Positions 37,828-49,371 of a stretch of 64,000 nt of DNA are shown in pieces. Both the position numbers and the translations under genes were made by a program. The DNA is taken from NCBI RefSeq assembly GCF_004010195.1, contig NC_057754.1, forward strand, positions 5,929,846 to 5,993,845, read 5' to 3'. The stretch is from Chiloscyllium plagiosum (Eukaryota). The notes beneath the pieces are model-generated. The model did no database searches and was not told the origin of the DNA. It saw only the letters and a program-made list of their open reading frames with translations. How positions within the stretch are numbered: position 1 is the first letter of the stretch; each line of letters begins with the position of its first letter.

Positions 37828-39460
37828 ATGGGGGGTCAGCAGAGTAAGTCGAACTGTCACGGAGTAAAGGAAGAAAAAGTCCCTGGTAACATTCCTCTTG
37901 AAAGTCCGTTGGGGAGGATATTGAGGGAATGGACAAGTAACACTTGTACAAGGGAAAAAGATAAAAAGAAAATGATTGAATATTGTTGTTTACTATGGAC
38001 CAAAGAACCAATCCTCCATCCAGCTGTCTTCTGGCCAAAGTATGATTCGGATGAGGATTGGGTATGTCAGTATTTAGATTTGTATGTGAATAAAAAACAA
38101 ACTTTTAGTCAAGAAGAGGCGGACTATGCGTCCTGTTGGAAGGGCAGTTTGGGAATGATGATAGTAAAGCCAAAGGATTCCCCCTTTGCCCCACCCAGTT
38201 CCTGGGATAGTTTTTCCTGTTTGCACTCCCGCCCACCCCCCGTACCATAAAATCAGATAAGGTGAAAATGGGGGAGGAGGAGAGACAGACAGACAGACAG
38301 GGACAGGGAATGGATGACCCACAAGAGGAGAATGAAGGGGCGGTGGACGGGGATGTTGTTGTTCCTGACCCTCAATCCACAACAAAAGGAAGGGAAGATA
38401 AAGTAGACGTAGAGGAGGTCTTTGGAGTATCTAAACGAAAGCCTAAGGGGGAAAACAAAATCAAAAAAGGGGAAGAATATAACGACTTATCCCGTTTCGG
38501 AGGTACCAATAGGGGACAAAGGGATTGGATTTTTAAATGCCCCCTCTCCAGTGGGGAGGTCAGAAAATTTAAAAAGGAGATGAAGGTCCTGGTAAAGGAT
38601 CCGGTAGGGCTGTCTGAACAAATTGATCAATTCTTGGGACCCATTCTGTATACGTGGACAGAGTTAAAGTCTATTTTGAATGTACTATTTACTGGGGAAG
38701 AAAGGGGACCAGGAGCAGCCATTGAAATATGGGACAGGGAACTTCCCATTGGAGATGGGGATACTGAACAGGGAGAGACGGAGTTTCCTCTCAGAGACAC
38801 CCAGCGGGAAAATAAAAACCCGGAGCATAGGGAAGAAATGATGGAATTGAAAGATCTGTTTCTAAAAGGAAGAAGAGAGGTAGTTCCGAAGCCGCAGAAT
38901 TTGACTAAAGCCTTTGAGGTTAAAGAGGAGAAAGATGAGACACCCTCAGCTTTCTTGCAAAGATTAAGAGACTCAATGCGGAAATATTCTGGAATGAACC
39001 CTGAGGACCCAGTGGCACAGGGTCTTTTGAAAGTATATTTTGTGACAAAGGCATGGCCAGACATACAGAGAAAGATACAGAAGATAGAAGGGAGGAGTGA
39101 AAAACCATTAGATGAATTATTAAGAGAGGCACAGAAAGTGTTTGCAAAGAGAGAGGTTGAGAGACAAAACCAGAATGCAAAAATGATGGTAGCTACGATT
39201 GATGAAGTAGTTAAGAAAAGAATGGAACCAATAATGAGCAACTGGAGCGGTGGGTGGCAGCATGTAGGACAGAGAGGATGAGGGAGAGAGAGAGGAAAAG
39301 GGGGAGCATTTGATAGAGGGTTCTGGCGACAGGGACAGAGATGGAAGTCTCCAAAGGCAGAATGCTGTGATTGCAGAAACTCGTGTATTTTAAGCGGGAG
39401 TGTACTGATCTACAAAGGGAAGAAAGGGCAATTCCGCTCATGAATTTTGATGAAGAATAG
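37828..39460 (+). pseudogene. gag: ERV gag (disrupted)
   Basis: MGGQQSK myristoylation start; MA motifs PLESPLGRIL and WPKY; MHR KEEKDETPSAFLQRLRDSMRKYS; degenerate CCHC knuckle at ~39363-39403; ends MNFDEE-TAG. Confidence 0.9.
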
Positions 39461-42400
39461 GGGTGTCAGGGGCTCCTGCCCCCGGGGAGCCACCAGGAAC
39501 TCTTGATAAACTTGAAGGTGGGACCCTGTGGGGAAGAGGTAGTCTTCCTAGTAGATACGGGGGCAGCACGGTCATCGCTGAATTTTAAACCAAAGAAAGT
39601 AGGAATGTCAACACGGTCAATTACTGTTTCCGGGGTAAAAGGGGAAGGGTTCACTGTTCCAGTATTTGAACCTATGATGATAGAAGTTCCGACGGACACA
39701 GTCACAGGGGAACTGTTGTATATCCCTGATATAGAATTTAACTTACTAGGGATAGATTTAATTAACTCTTAGGACTGGAGATTTGAATTCAGGAAAAAGA
39801 ATTAGTTGTACAAATGGCAATGTTGACAGAAGATGTGGAGAGAGAGATAGACCCTATTATATGGGCTAGAGAAGGGAATTGTGGAAAAATACAGATCCGT
39901 TCCCTAGAAATAACTTAAAAATGGAAAGGGGACGTTGTTTATGAGCGACATTATCCCATTTCCATAGAAGGTAAACGAGGACTGCAGCCAGTAATTGAGG
40001 GGATAGAGATGGACTGTTGGAGCCATGTATGTCTCCTTATAATATCCTAATTCTACCAGTGCGGAAATCTGATGGAAGTTATCGATTGGTGCAGGATTTG
40101 AGAACATTGAATCGAATAGAACAGGTCAGGCACCCAGTGGTGCCAAACCCCTATACGTTATAAAGTAAGATCCCTCATGACCACAAATGGTTTAGTGTGA
40201 TAGATTTAAAGGATGCCTTTTAGGCTTGTCCCTTGGCGGAGGAAAGTAGGAATTTGTTCGCCTTTGAATGGGAAAATCCCAAGACAGGACGGAAACAGCA
40301 ATACCGGTGGACCACGCTCCCCCAGGGGTTTACGCAATCCCCGAATTTATTTGGATAGATGTTAGAACAAATATTGGAGAAATTTAGCAGCCCCAAGGGA
40401 ACTACCCTGTTGCAGTATGTAGTCGACCACTTAGTAACAGGAAAGAGAAGAGAAAGAGTAGTAGAAGCCACTAAAAAAAATGTTGAATTTTCTGGGTCAG
40501 CAGGGACTGCGAGTATCTAAAAACAAAATACAATATGTGGAGCGAGAAGTGAAATACTTGGGACATTTAGTTAGTGAGGGAAAGAGAAAGGTAAGCCCGG
40601 AACGGTTAAAGGGAATAGTGGGGATTCCGTTGCCCAGGAATAAACGGAAATATCTTAATTGTTTGGGTTTAACTGGATATTGCAGATTGTGGATTAATTC
40701 TTATGCTCAAAAGACGAATAAATTAGATCTCAAACCATTAGAGGGGGAACCAAAGTGTCTGAGTTGGGAAGAAGAGGAAAAATAACAATTTAAGTTATTC
40801 AAAACAGATCTGATCCATGCCCCCATGTTAGCCTTACCTTCTCTAGATAAATCTTTCCAGCTCTTTGCTACCGTTGATAAGGGAGCGGCTTTGGGCGTAT
40901 TAACCAAGAGGTGGAGAGGAATGAAACAGCCAGTAGCATATCTTTCGAAGCTCTTGGATCCAGTATCCTGGGGGTGGCCTGAGTGTGTGCAGGCCCTAGC
41001 TGCCACTGCATTGTTGGTGGAGGAAAGCAGAAAGCTTACATTTGGGGTGCCCTAATAGTAAGTACCCCACACCAAGTGAGAATGATCCTAAACCAAAAAG
41101 CTGGGCGATGGTTGACAGACTCGCGGATTCTGAAGTATGAGGCAATATTAATACAAAAGGATGATCTAGTGTTGGTCACGGACAATTGTTTAAATCCAGC
41201 TGCCTTTCTTTGGAAAGGGAAGGAGAATCTCCTCAGAATCCAGAGCACAACAGCCTTGACGTTATAGAATAACAAACTAAGGTCCGCATGGACCTGAGAG
41301 ATGTTCCACTTCATGCAGGAGCCTGACTTTTTATAGACGGATCATCCCGGGCGACTGAAGGGAAAAGAAATAATGAGTATGCAGTCGTAGACGGGACGAA
41401 AGGTAGTGTGGTAGAGACAGGAAGGTTGTCAAATGGGTGGTCAGCTCAAACCTGAGAACTCTATGCATTGGAAAGAGCCCTTAGAAAATAAAGAGGGAGC
41501 AGCATACAGTGACTCAAATATGCATTTGGTGTTGTGCACACTTTTGGAAAGAATTGGCAGGAAAGAGGACTGATCAATAGCTGGGGGAAGTAATTAGCAC
41601 ATGAGGAGCTGATTAGACTGGTCTTGGAGTCCCTATTAATCCCCCGAGAAATAGCGGTTGTGCATCTAAATGGTCATCAGAAAGGAAATGAACCAAAGTT
41701 AGGGGGAATAGATTAGCCGATGAAGTGGCTAAGGAAGCAGGCCTGGACCCACAAGGAGTGCTGATTCATTCCCTAATACCTACTGTCCCTGATCCCCGGA
41801 AGCTCCTATACTTACTGAAAGAGAAGAAAAAGAATTGAAAGATTTTGGGGCTGAAGAAAACACCAATGGATATTACCTAATGGAAGGGAAATGTTAAACA
41901 AAATGATGATGCGAGAAATTATGGCTGTCCTACATCAATTCAACCATTGGGGAGTACAAGCAACGTATCGTTTAGTTCTTAGGGAATATGGATGTAAAGG
42001 AATATATACAATTGCTAAACAAATATGTGAGGGATGTATAATATGCACAAAGGTAAATAAGAAAGTCCTGAGAAAACAGACCCCGGGAGGAAGAGACCCA
42101 GGATTGAGACCCTTCAGAGTGTATAAGAAGATTATACTGAACTACCCAGAGTAGGAAGACTAAAATATATGCTGGTCATAGTAGATCATCTACCTGGTTA
42201 GGTTGAGGCATACCCTCTAGCTACTGCCACTGCAAGTGTGATGTCTAAAACAATATTAGAGCACATAATTCCCTGATATGGGCTCGTGAACCATATAGAT
42301 TCCGACTAAGGAACTCATTTTACCGCTAAAGTGTTACAGGGGGTAATGGAAGGTTTGGGAATTTTCTGGGAGTTCCATGCTCCATGGCACCCACCATCAT

Positions 42401-42954
42401 CAGGAAGGCTTGAGAGAATGAACCAAACACTCAAACAACAGCTCTCTAAATTGATAATAGAAACCAGACTCCCTTGGACCAAATGTTTACCTATAACTCT
42501 CTTGCGAGTACGAACAGCCCCAAGGAAAGATATGGGACTAACCCCGATGAAATCATATTTGGATTACCTTATCTGGGAAAGAACGGAGAATTGATAATTC
42601 CCGAAACTAAAGACTTGTTCTTAAAGAAGTATATACTGGGCTTGTCCGCCTCTTTGTCTTTCCTCAGGAAACAGGGTTTATTGGCACAGACTCCGCCCCT
42701 TGAATTCACCGCCCATCCCATCTGGCCGGGAGATTGGGGCTTAGTAAAATCATGGACAGAGACTAAATTGCAGCCGGGCTGGGAAGGGCCGTACCAGGAT
42801 CCTTTGACCGAAACGGCAATAAGGACAGCGGAGAAAGGCTGGACTCACTACACACGGATCAAAGGGCTAGTAAAATGTCCAGTTGAGGAAGAAGTCTGGA
42901 CAGCCTAAACAACGCAAGACCCGCTGAAACTCAGGCTGAAGAGACTTAGAGTAA
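39461..42954 (+). pseudogene. pol: ERV pro-pol (protease, RT, RNase H, integrase; disrupted)
   Basis: FLVDTGAARS protease; LPQGFTQSP and LQYVVD (mutated YVDD) RT; FIDGSS RNase H; HQFNHWG / CIIC zinc site; WHPPSSGRLERMN and WEGPY integrase motifs. Confidence 0.95.
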
Positions 42955-43040
42955 CTGATTATACAGTGGCGATACGAGCGCGGGATTATTTATGTAGGAT
43001 TGTGTATTAAGGTTTTTTGTGCTTCAGCACAATTTTTAGA

Positions 43041-44893
43041 ATGCTGGGGATGCTTAGAGTTATGATGCTAGCTCTCTTAGTATTGGGATTTTGTCAAATA
43101 TAATTTTCATATGTGTTATTAACGGTACCTGAGTCTGATAATCAGCAAGCAATAGATCTGATGCATGTAACTTAGTAAATTGTGGGGATGTAGATAATCA
43201 GAGACAGTACCGCAGCTCAGAGATACATCTTAAGTCCATTGGGATGGTACTTGGTATCATGGTCTCGTCACAGTACACTGGGACCCCTTCCGACCAGTTT
43301 GCGATTGTCCCGATAAAAAGTGTAACCCAATATACCTAATGATAAAGAAAACCACATGGCTCAAAGCAATTCTGGGAGGTGGGGGGAGGGTGTGGGCACC
43401 TATGAAATACAATTAGATAAAACATTTGGGATAGAAATGTAAGCAAACGGGAAGGATTTCTCGGGCTGTTGTTTTCAAATTAGCGTAGGACAGGGAAAAC
43501 GGGCAGAACTATTGGATAATAAGGTACAACCTTTCACCCCTCCCGATGATCCTAAAGTTGTAAAAATTATAGAGATGAAGGACTTGAAACAGACCATCAA
43601 AATAGAAACTGGATTACGGGGATGCAAATGCCTGGGTTGAATGGTTAAAGTATAGTGTAAAAAGTCTGGACAGGAGCAATTGCTATGCATGTGCCTCCAG
43701 TAGGCCAGTGGCCCAGGTGGTTCCCTTTCTGCTTGAGTGGAAGTGAGACAGGAAGGATATGAAATGTATGATAGCCCTGTATCAGGATAAGACTGCATGG
43801 AATGATAGGAATTGTACCTCCCTATCTCTGATGTTTGCTCCCTTGGAGAAGAAAGATTCAAAAGCGCCCCTATGTTTTCAGCCGCAGTTGGAAATCACAC
43901 GTGGTACAAATCGGTCTAGAGATTTGGGGGAGCTGAAAGTATGTACAGAGATTAAGGATGTCACCGAAACGGACAAGGGAGGGAACTACTCAGCACCAAA
44001 GGCTACCCGAGCGGACCTGTGGTGGTACTGTGGAGGCAAAATATTGAGACCCACCCTAAAAACAGGATTGGAGAGGGATTTGTGCAATTGTACAATTGGT
44101 AATTCCATTTATCCTGGCATTTGAGGAGGAAAAGATAGTGGGGAAAAAGGGAAGGAGTAAGAGATCACTGTTAGACACTTCTTTCGATGACAGGATTTAT
44201 CTCGATTCTGTAGGAGTCCCTAGGAGGGTACCTGATGAGTTCAAGGCTCGTAATCATATTGCAGCAGGCTATGAGTCAGCTCTCTTTTGGTGGGTAACAA
44301 TAAATAAAAATGTAGATTGGATAAATTACATTTTCTATAATCAACAGCGATTTATAAATTATACAAAAGATGTGGTTAAAGGAATATCAGAACAGCTTGA
44401 AGCGACAAATAGGATGGCATGGGGAAACAGAATGGCCCTCGATATGATTTTAGCAGAAAAAGGGTGTGTATGTGTGATGTTAGGAGGAAGCTGTTGCATC
44501 TTTATTCCTAATAACACTGCACCTGATGGTTCAATTACTCGGGTGCTAAGGGGATTGACTACCTTAGCAGAGGAACTGGCTGAGAATTCAGGAGTAGACA
44601 CATCTCTCACGGGATGGCGTGAATCATGGTTTGGAAAATGGAAGGGGGTGGTGGTTTCCATCCTTACTTCCCTGATAGTAGTAGCCGGGGTATTGGTAGC
44701 CATTGGCTGTTGCATCATGCCCTGTATACGAGGACTCACCCAAAGACTGATTCAGACAGCCTTAATAAAACAGATACCCCTAAAATGGAATCAGGCAGAC
44801 GAACTTTGTCAATTAAATAATGAGGGGATGAGTGAGTCCAAGATGGATGAAATCTCGGGAATGATGCTTCTGAATTTTGGGGGCAATGCTTAA
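43041..44893 (+). pseudogene. env: ERV env (SU disrupted; TM portion open 44096-44893)
   Basis: Hydrophobic signal-like start; CYAC (CXXC) at ~43680; furin site RSKR; GVPRRVPDEFKARNHIAAGYES...WWVTINKNVDWINYIFYNQQRF; NRMALDMILAEKG; CX6CC; transmembrane helix. Confidence 0.92.
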
Positions 44894-45761
44894 AAGAAAA
44901 ATGCAGAAGATAACAAATGGTAAACAAATGCTACCACCTATTATTTGTCAGTCAGCTGATTGCCTACTTTGTAACTAAATGTTGTGATTCATCTAAATAT
45001 TACTCTGTCCTTTGATCAAAGTGAATTTGTAATTGTTGTTCAGTTTATGAATTGTCAGAAACTTGTTTTTATTTTTCCATTCACCTGTTCATTTTGACCG
45101 TAAGATTGAAATGCTTTGAAAATATTCGAGTTTGTTCATTTAAAAATAAGGTTTGCACATCTCTCACATATCTCATTTCTTGTATTATGAGTCAAGAATG
45201 TTTTCTGGTGGGATTCTAGTAAATACCAAACATTTGTTGGCTTCAAATAAGGTCTTTAACACCCAGTTATCAATCTGTTGTTAATGTTTCAGCTGTTACA
45301 TTGACATTGATTAGCTACTCATTCAGAGAGATCAACTGACAATTATAAACTACTTGCAGGATTATTGAATTGAGAAAACGATAGAGACGTGGAAACATTT
45401 TTTTTAGCAGGAATTGCTTTTTCATTCATATGTGTAGGCTGTTCAAGAATTCTATATCGCCTTCCATTGGTTTTCTTGCCCAGAATGTAAATTTATAATT
45501 CATGTGAATTTTATTGTGTTCTGTATTTTGAAATTTGTATCAGATTTAAGAAGAAAAAGAGGAGCAATTAACATGAAAACTTCAGTGAATAGAAAGCGCA
45601 GTAAATTAAATTGACAGAGGTAAGTTTTAGTATTGTCTCTGAATGTTCAAATATTTCTAATAGCAAGAGCGTTGTGCCTGTAAAGCACAGCAGGTCAGAT
45701 AGCATTCAAGAGAAGCAGAATCAACGTTTTGGGCATAAGCCCTTCAGGAATCTTTTCGATA

Positions 45762-45923
45762 CACCGGGTTTGGAGTAGTGAATCCTCTATAAGATATGTA
45801 TTTGCTAAACTCTGTGTGCCTTATTCCAGGCACCACGCTTGCAAGCGTCTAATAAACAAACTGATTGCTTCAGATCTTGTCTTGGGCTGAAATTATTGAA
45901 GTAAGTGAGGTTTGTTTCTCACA
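45762..45923 (+). repeat. Truncated 3' LTR (distal U3-R-U5 only)
   Basis: Matches 37359-37509; TATAAG near 45788, AATAAA at 45851-45856, ends tttctcaCA. Confidence 0.9.
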
Positions 45924-46109
45924 GTCTCTAATTTAAATTTACTGTGCTTTCTATTTTCTGAACTTCTCATATTAATTGCTCCTCGTTTTCTTCTTAACTT
46001 TGAGACAAATCTCAAAATTCCGGGCACAATTAAAGCGATATGAATTATAAATTAGTATCTGGACAAGAGAACCAATGAACAGCTACATAGACCTCTTGAA
46101 CATGGGGGC

Positions 46110-46430
46110 TGGGCATTGAAAACAGAGGATCAGTGGGTAACACTCCTGTCTTACAGTGTTATGCACTTGGGTTTGATTCCATCCTCGGCCATATGTTTGT
46201 GTGGAGTTTGCATGTTCTGGTTTTCTCCTACAATCCAAAGATGTGCAGATAAGGTAAATTGGCCATGCTAAGCTGTACGTTCTGTTCAGGGATGTGTAGG
46301 GAATGTGCATTAGTCAGGGGTAAATGTCCAGTAATCTGAGAGCAGAATGGTACTGAATGGATTATTCTTTGGAACGTCAGTGTAGACTTGTTGGGCCAAA
46401 TGGCCTGTTTCCACACAGTAGGGATTCCAT
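46110..46430 (+). mobile_element. HE1-type tRNA-derived SINE
   Basis: gtgtggagtttgca...caatccaaagatgtgcag...ggccatgctaa core and CR1-like tail. Confidence 0.8.
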
Positions 46431-46775
46431 AAACTTAGAATTGTGTTTCGCTAAACAAAACTGACAATTTTTTTAAAATGTTGCATTTAAACCTTATCTT
46501 TAAGAGTCAATTGTCAATCTTGTAAAATATCTCAATGTTACTGATATCAATGTTCAAACAAAACACTGCACATAAAGCCACACAAAGATCTTCATGACCA
46601 TCGAATCACTGTTCAGTGGAATAATCACAGTAAATATCTTATTGTTCCTGAGATCAATCACCATTATCACAGTAAGGATCTGGTTATCATTCCCTTCAAT
46701 AAATGCAATCGTTGTCCTCTGGTATTTCAGTTCAGTCGTTATACACCATACTGGTTGGTCAAAGCATGGATATTC

Positions 46776-47043
46776 TTTATTATGAAGGGCCAAGGGTTCT
46801 AACGGCAAGAGATGTTGTTCGATCTGATTTGTTGTATGTTCTCAAACAAGTTTTCACTATAAATATTGCAAACAAAAGTGTTTATTTGGTCTTGTTCAAC
46901 TGCTGATGCTATTTATTATTAAGGGCCAAGGGTTCTAACGGCAAGAGATGTTGTTCGATCTGATTTGTTGTATGTTCTCAAACAAGTTTTCACTATAGAT
47001 ATTGCAAAAAATGTGTTTATTTGGTCTTGTTCAACTGCTGATG
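46776..47043 (+). repeat. Tandem duplication of ~133 bp (46776-46908, 46912-47043)
   Basis: Two near-identical copies of aagggccaagggttctaacggc...ttcaactgctgatg. Confidence 0.95.
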
Positions 47044-48823
47044 TTAACATTTTCAGTTCATGTTCATTAAGTATATTTGGGGAAAGTGAGGAAAGCTGTG
47101 GTGTTGGAAAAGTGCAGGCACATTCAAAGAGCAGGAGTATCGAAAAGATTCCTGAAGGGCTTATGCCCAAAACGTTGATTCTGCTTCTCTTGAATGCTAC
47201 CGGACCTGCTGTGCTTTACAGGCACAACGCTCTTGCTATTAGAAATATTTGACTGAACATTCAGAGACAATACTAAAACTTACCTCTGTCAATTTAATTT
47301 ACTGCGCTTTCTATTCACTGAAGTTTTCATGTTAATTGCTCCTCTTTTTCTTCTTAAATCTGATACAAATTTCAAAATACAGAACACAATAAAATTCACA
47401 TGAATTATAAATTTACATTCTGGGCAAGAAAACCAATGGAAGGCGATATAGAATTCTAGAACAGCCTACACATATGAATGAAAAAGCAATTCCTTCTAAA
47501 AAAATGTTTCCACGTCTTTATCGTTTTCTCAATTCAATAATCCTGCAAATAGTTTATAATTGTCAGTTGATCTCTCTGAATGAGTAGCTAATCAATGTCA
47601 ATGTAACAGCTGAAACATTAACAACAGATTGATAACTGGGTGTTAAAGACCTTATTTGAAGCCAACAAATGTTTGGTATTTACTAGAATCCCACCAGAAA
47701 ACATTCTTGAATCATAATACAAGAAGTGAGATATGTGAGAGATGTGCAAACCTTATTTTTAAATGAACAAACTCGAATATTTTCAAAGCATTTCAATCTT
47801 ACAGTCAAAATGAACAGGTGAATGGAAAAATAAAAACAAGCTTCTGACAATTCATAAACTGAACAACAATTACAAATTCACTTTGATCAAAGGACAGAGT
47901 AATATTTAGATGAATCACAACATTTAGTTACATAGTAGGTAACCAGCTGACTGACAAGTAATAGGTGGGAGCATTTGTTAGTTTCCTGAAGAAGATATCA
48001 ACTTTATTTCCAATTTATAGCACGACAGAATAATGTTTAATGTGTATCAATTGTTTGAACTTGCCCCTTTGCAACAAAACAAAGGATCAATCTCATCGTA
48101 ATCTTTAATTCTGCAACATTTTCAAATATTCTCCAGGAACTTATAAGCAATAGAATTAGATACAGGTATCCCCACTATCTGAAAGTACAGCGTTATTATG
48201 AAACCTTACATAAGCTGAAAAGGCGTAAATCGAAGAAGCTTTAATCTTTTTCCTTTTTTTTCATAAAAGTGAAAATCCTCTTCAGATTTCTTCCAGTTAG
48301 AGAAAGCAGGGACAGATGTAAGTCTTTTGTAAAAGCTAAGTGGCTAAAGCAAACTTTCCAAAAGTAGGGGATACGTGTACACATATTTCTTGGTAACCTG
48401 ACACAAATAAGTATCACATTTTGTGATTATTCTTATAATAGATAAAAGCAGATCTAATGTTGGCAGGACTGCAATATTATGTTTAATGTGGTAACTCAAA
48501 TCAAAACTCATCAGCTGTTTATTGCAGTAATTTGGATGGGAATTAATTAGGTCGTTTCTGTGTGTAATGGACTGGAAATTAAACAATATTTTACAATAAT
48601 AATGGAATAAAGGAATGATAAACTTAAATAAACAGGAATCTCATGACAATTCTTTGAAAGACAAATTGACAAAACTGTGTGATCATTGTACTTTGATTTC
48701 TAATATGCATCAGTCACTCAATGTGAATATTCAGCTGAAGACAATTTCCCTTCCTTTCAACAACGTACAACTTTCACAAATTCAAAATGAACAGGCATTG
48801 AAAAAGGAAGGAACAAGCAGATG

Positions 48824-49120
48824 ATTACATTACAGTGTGGAAACAGGCCCTTCGGCCCAACAAGTCCACACCGACCCGCCGAAGCGAATCCCACCCATAC
48901 ATTACCCCTTACCTAACACTACGGGCAATTTAGCATGGTCAATTCACCTGACCTGCACATCTTTGGACTGTGGGAGGAAACCAGAGCACCCGGAGGAAAC
49001 CCACGCAGACACGGGGAGAACGTGCAAACTCCACACAGTTAGTCGCCTGAGGCGGGAATTGAACCCGGGTCTCCGGCGCTGTGAAGCAGCAGTGCTAACC
49101 ACTGTGCCACCGTGCCGTCC
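48824..49120 (-). mobile_element. Young HE1-type SINE
   Basis: Reverse complement has a tRNA head ggcacggtggcacagtggttagc...ccgggttcaattcccg, conserved core, CR1-derived tail and intact CpGs. Confidence 0.9.
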
Positions 49121-49371
49121 ACAATTCGATTTTCTTTACATAAACATGCGATTAATTTTAAGTAAGGATTATATACGTAAAAAGGAAATTTATTGTGGTT
49201 CGAAATACAATAAATGTGAGCATGAAGTGAAATATAATCAAATCAATTTAACTGTGTTTTCTCAGTGAAAACACAGTTCAATATTCAAAGTAATCGACTG
49301 ATTGTACACTGCAATATCTTTAATTCAGTGCTGAGACATAATTCCACATTTATACCCCTTATAGTGAAGCA

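Larger units (their letters stand above)
36983..45923 (+). mobile_element. Defective class I (gamma/epsilon-related) endogenous retrovirus
   Basis: LTR-PBS-gag-pro-pol-env-partial LTR in canonical order with many stops and frameshifts. Confidence 0.95.
44923..47979. repeat. Young inverted repeat: arms 44923-45762 and 47137-47979, spacer ~1.37 kb
   Basis: About 15 substitutions and 2 small indels over ~840 bp by manual comparison. Confidence 0.95.

Noticed and set aside
38627..39241. 204-aa antisense ORF over gag
   Set aside because: Shadow of a purine-rich sense frame; no recognisable motif.
48837..49268. 143-aa ORF
   Set aside because: Antisense reading of an HE1 SINE.
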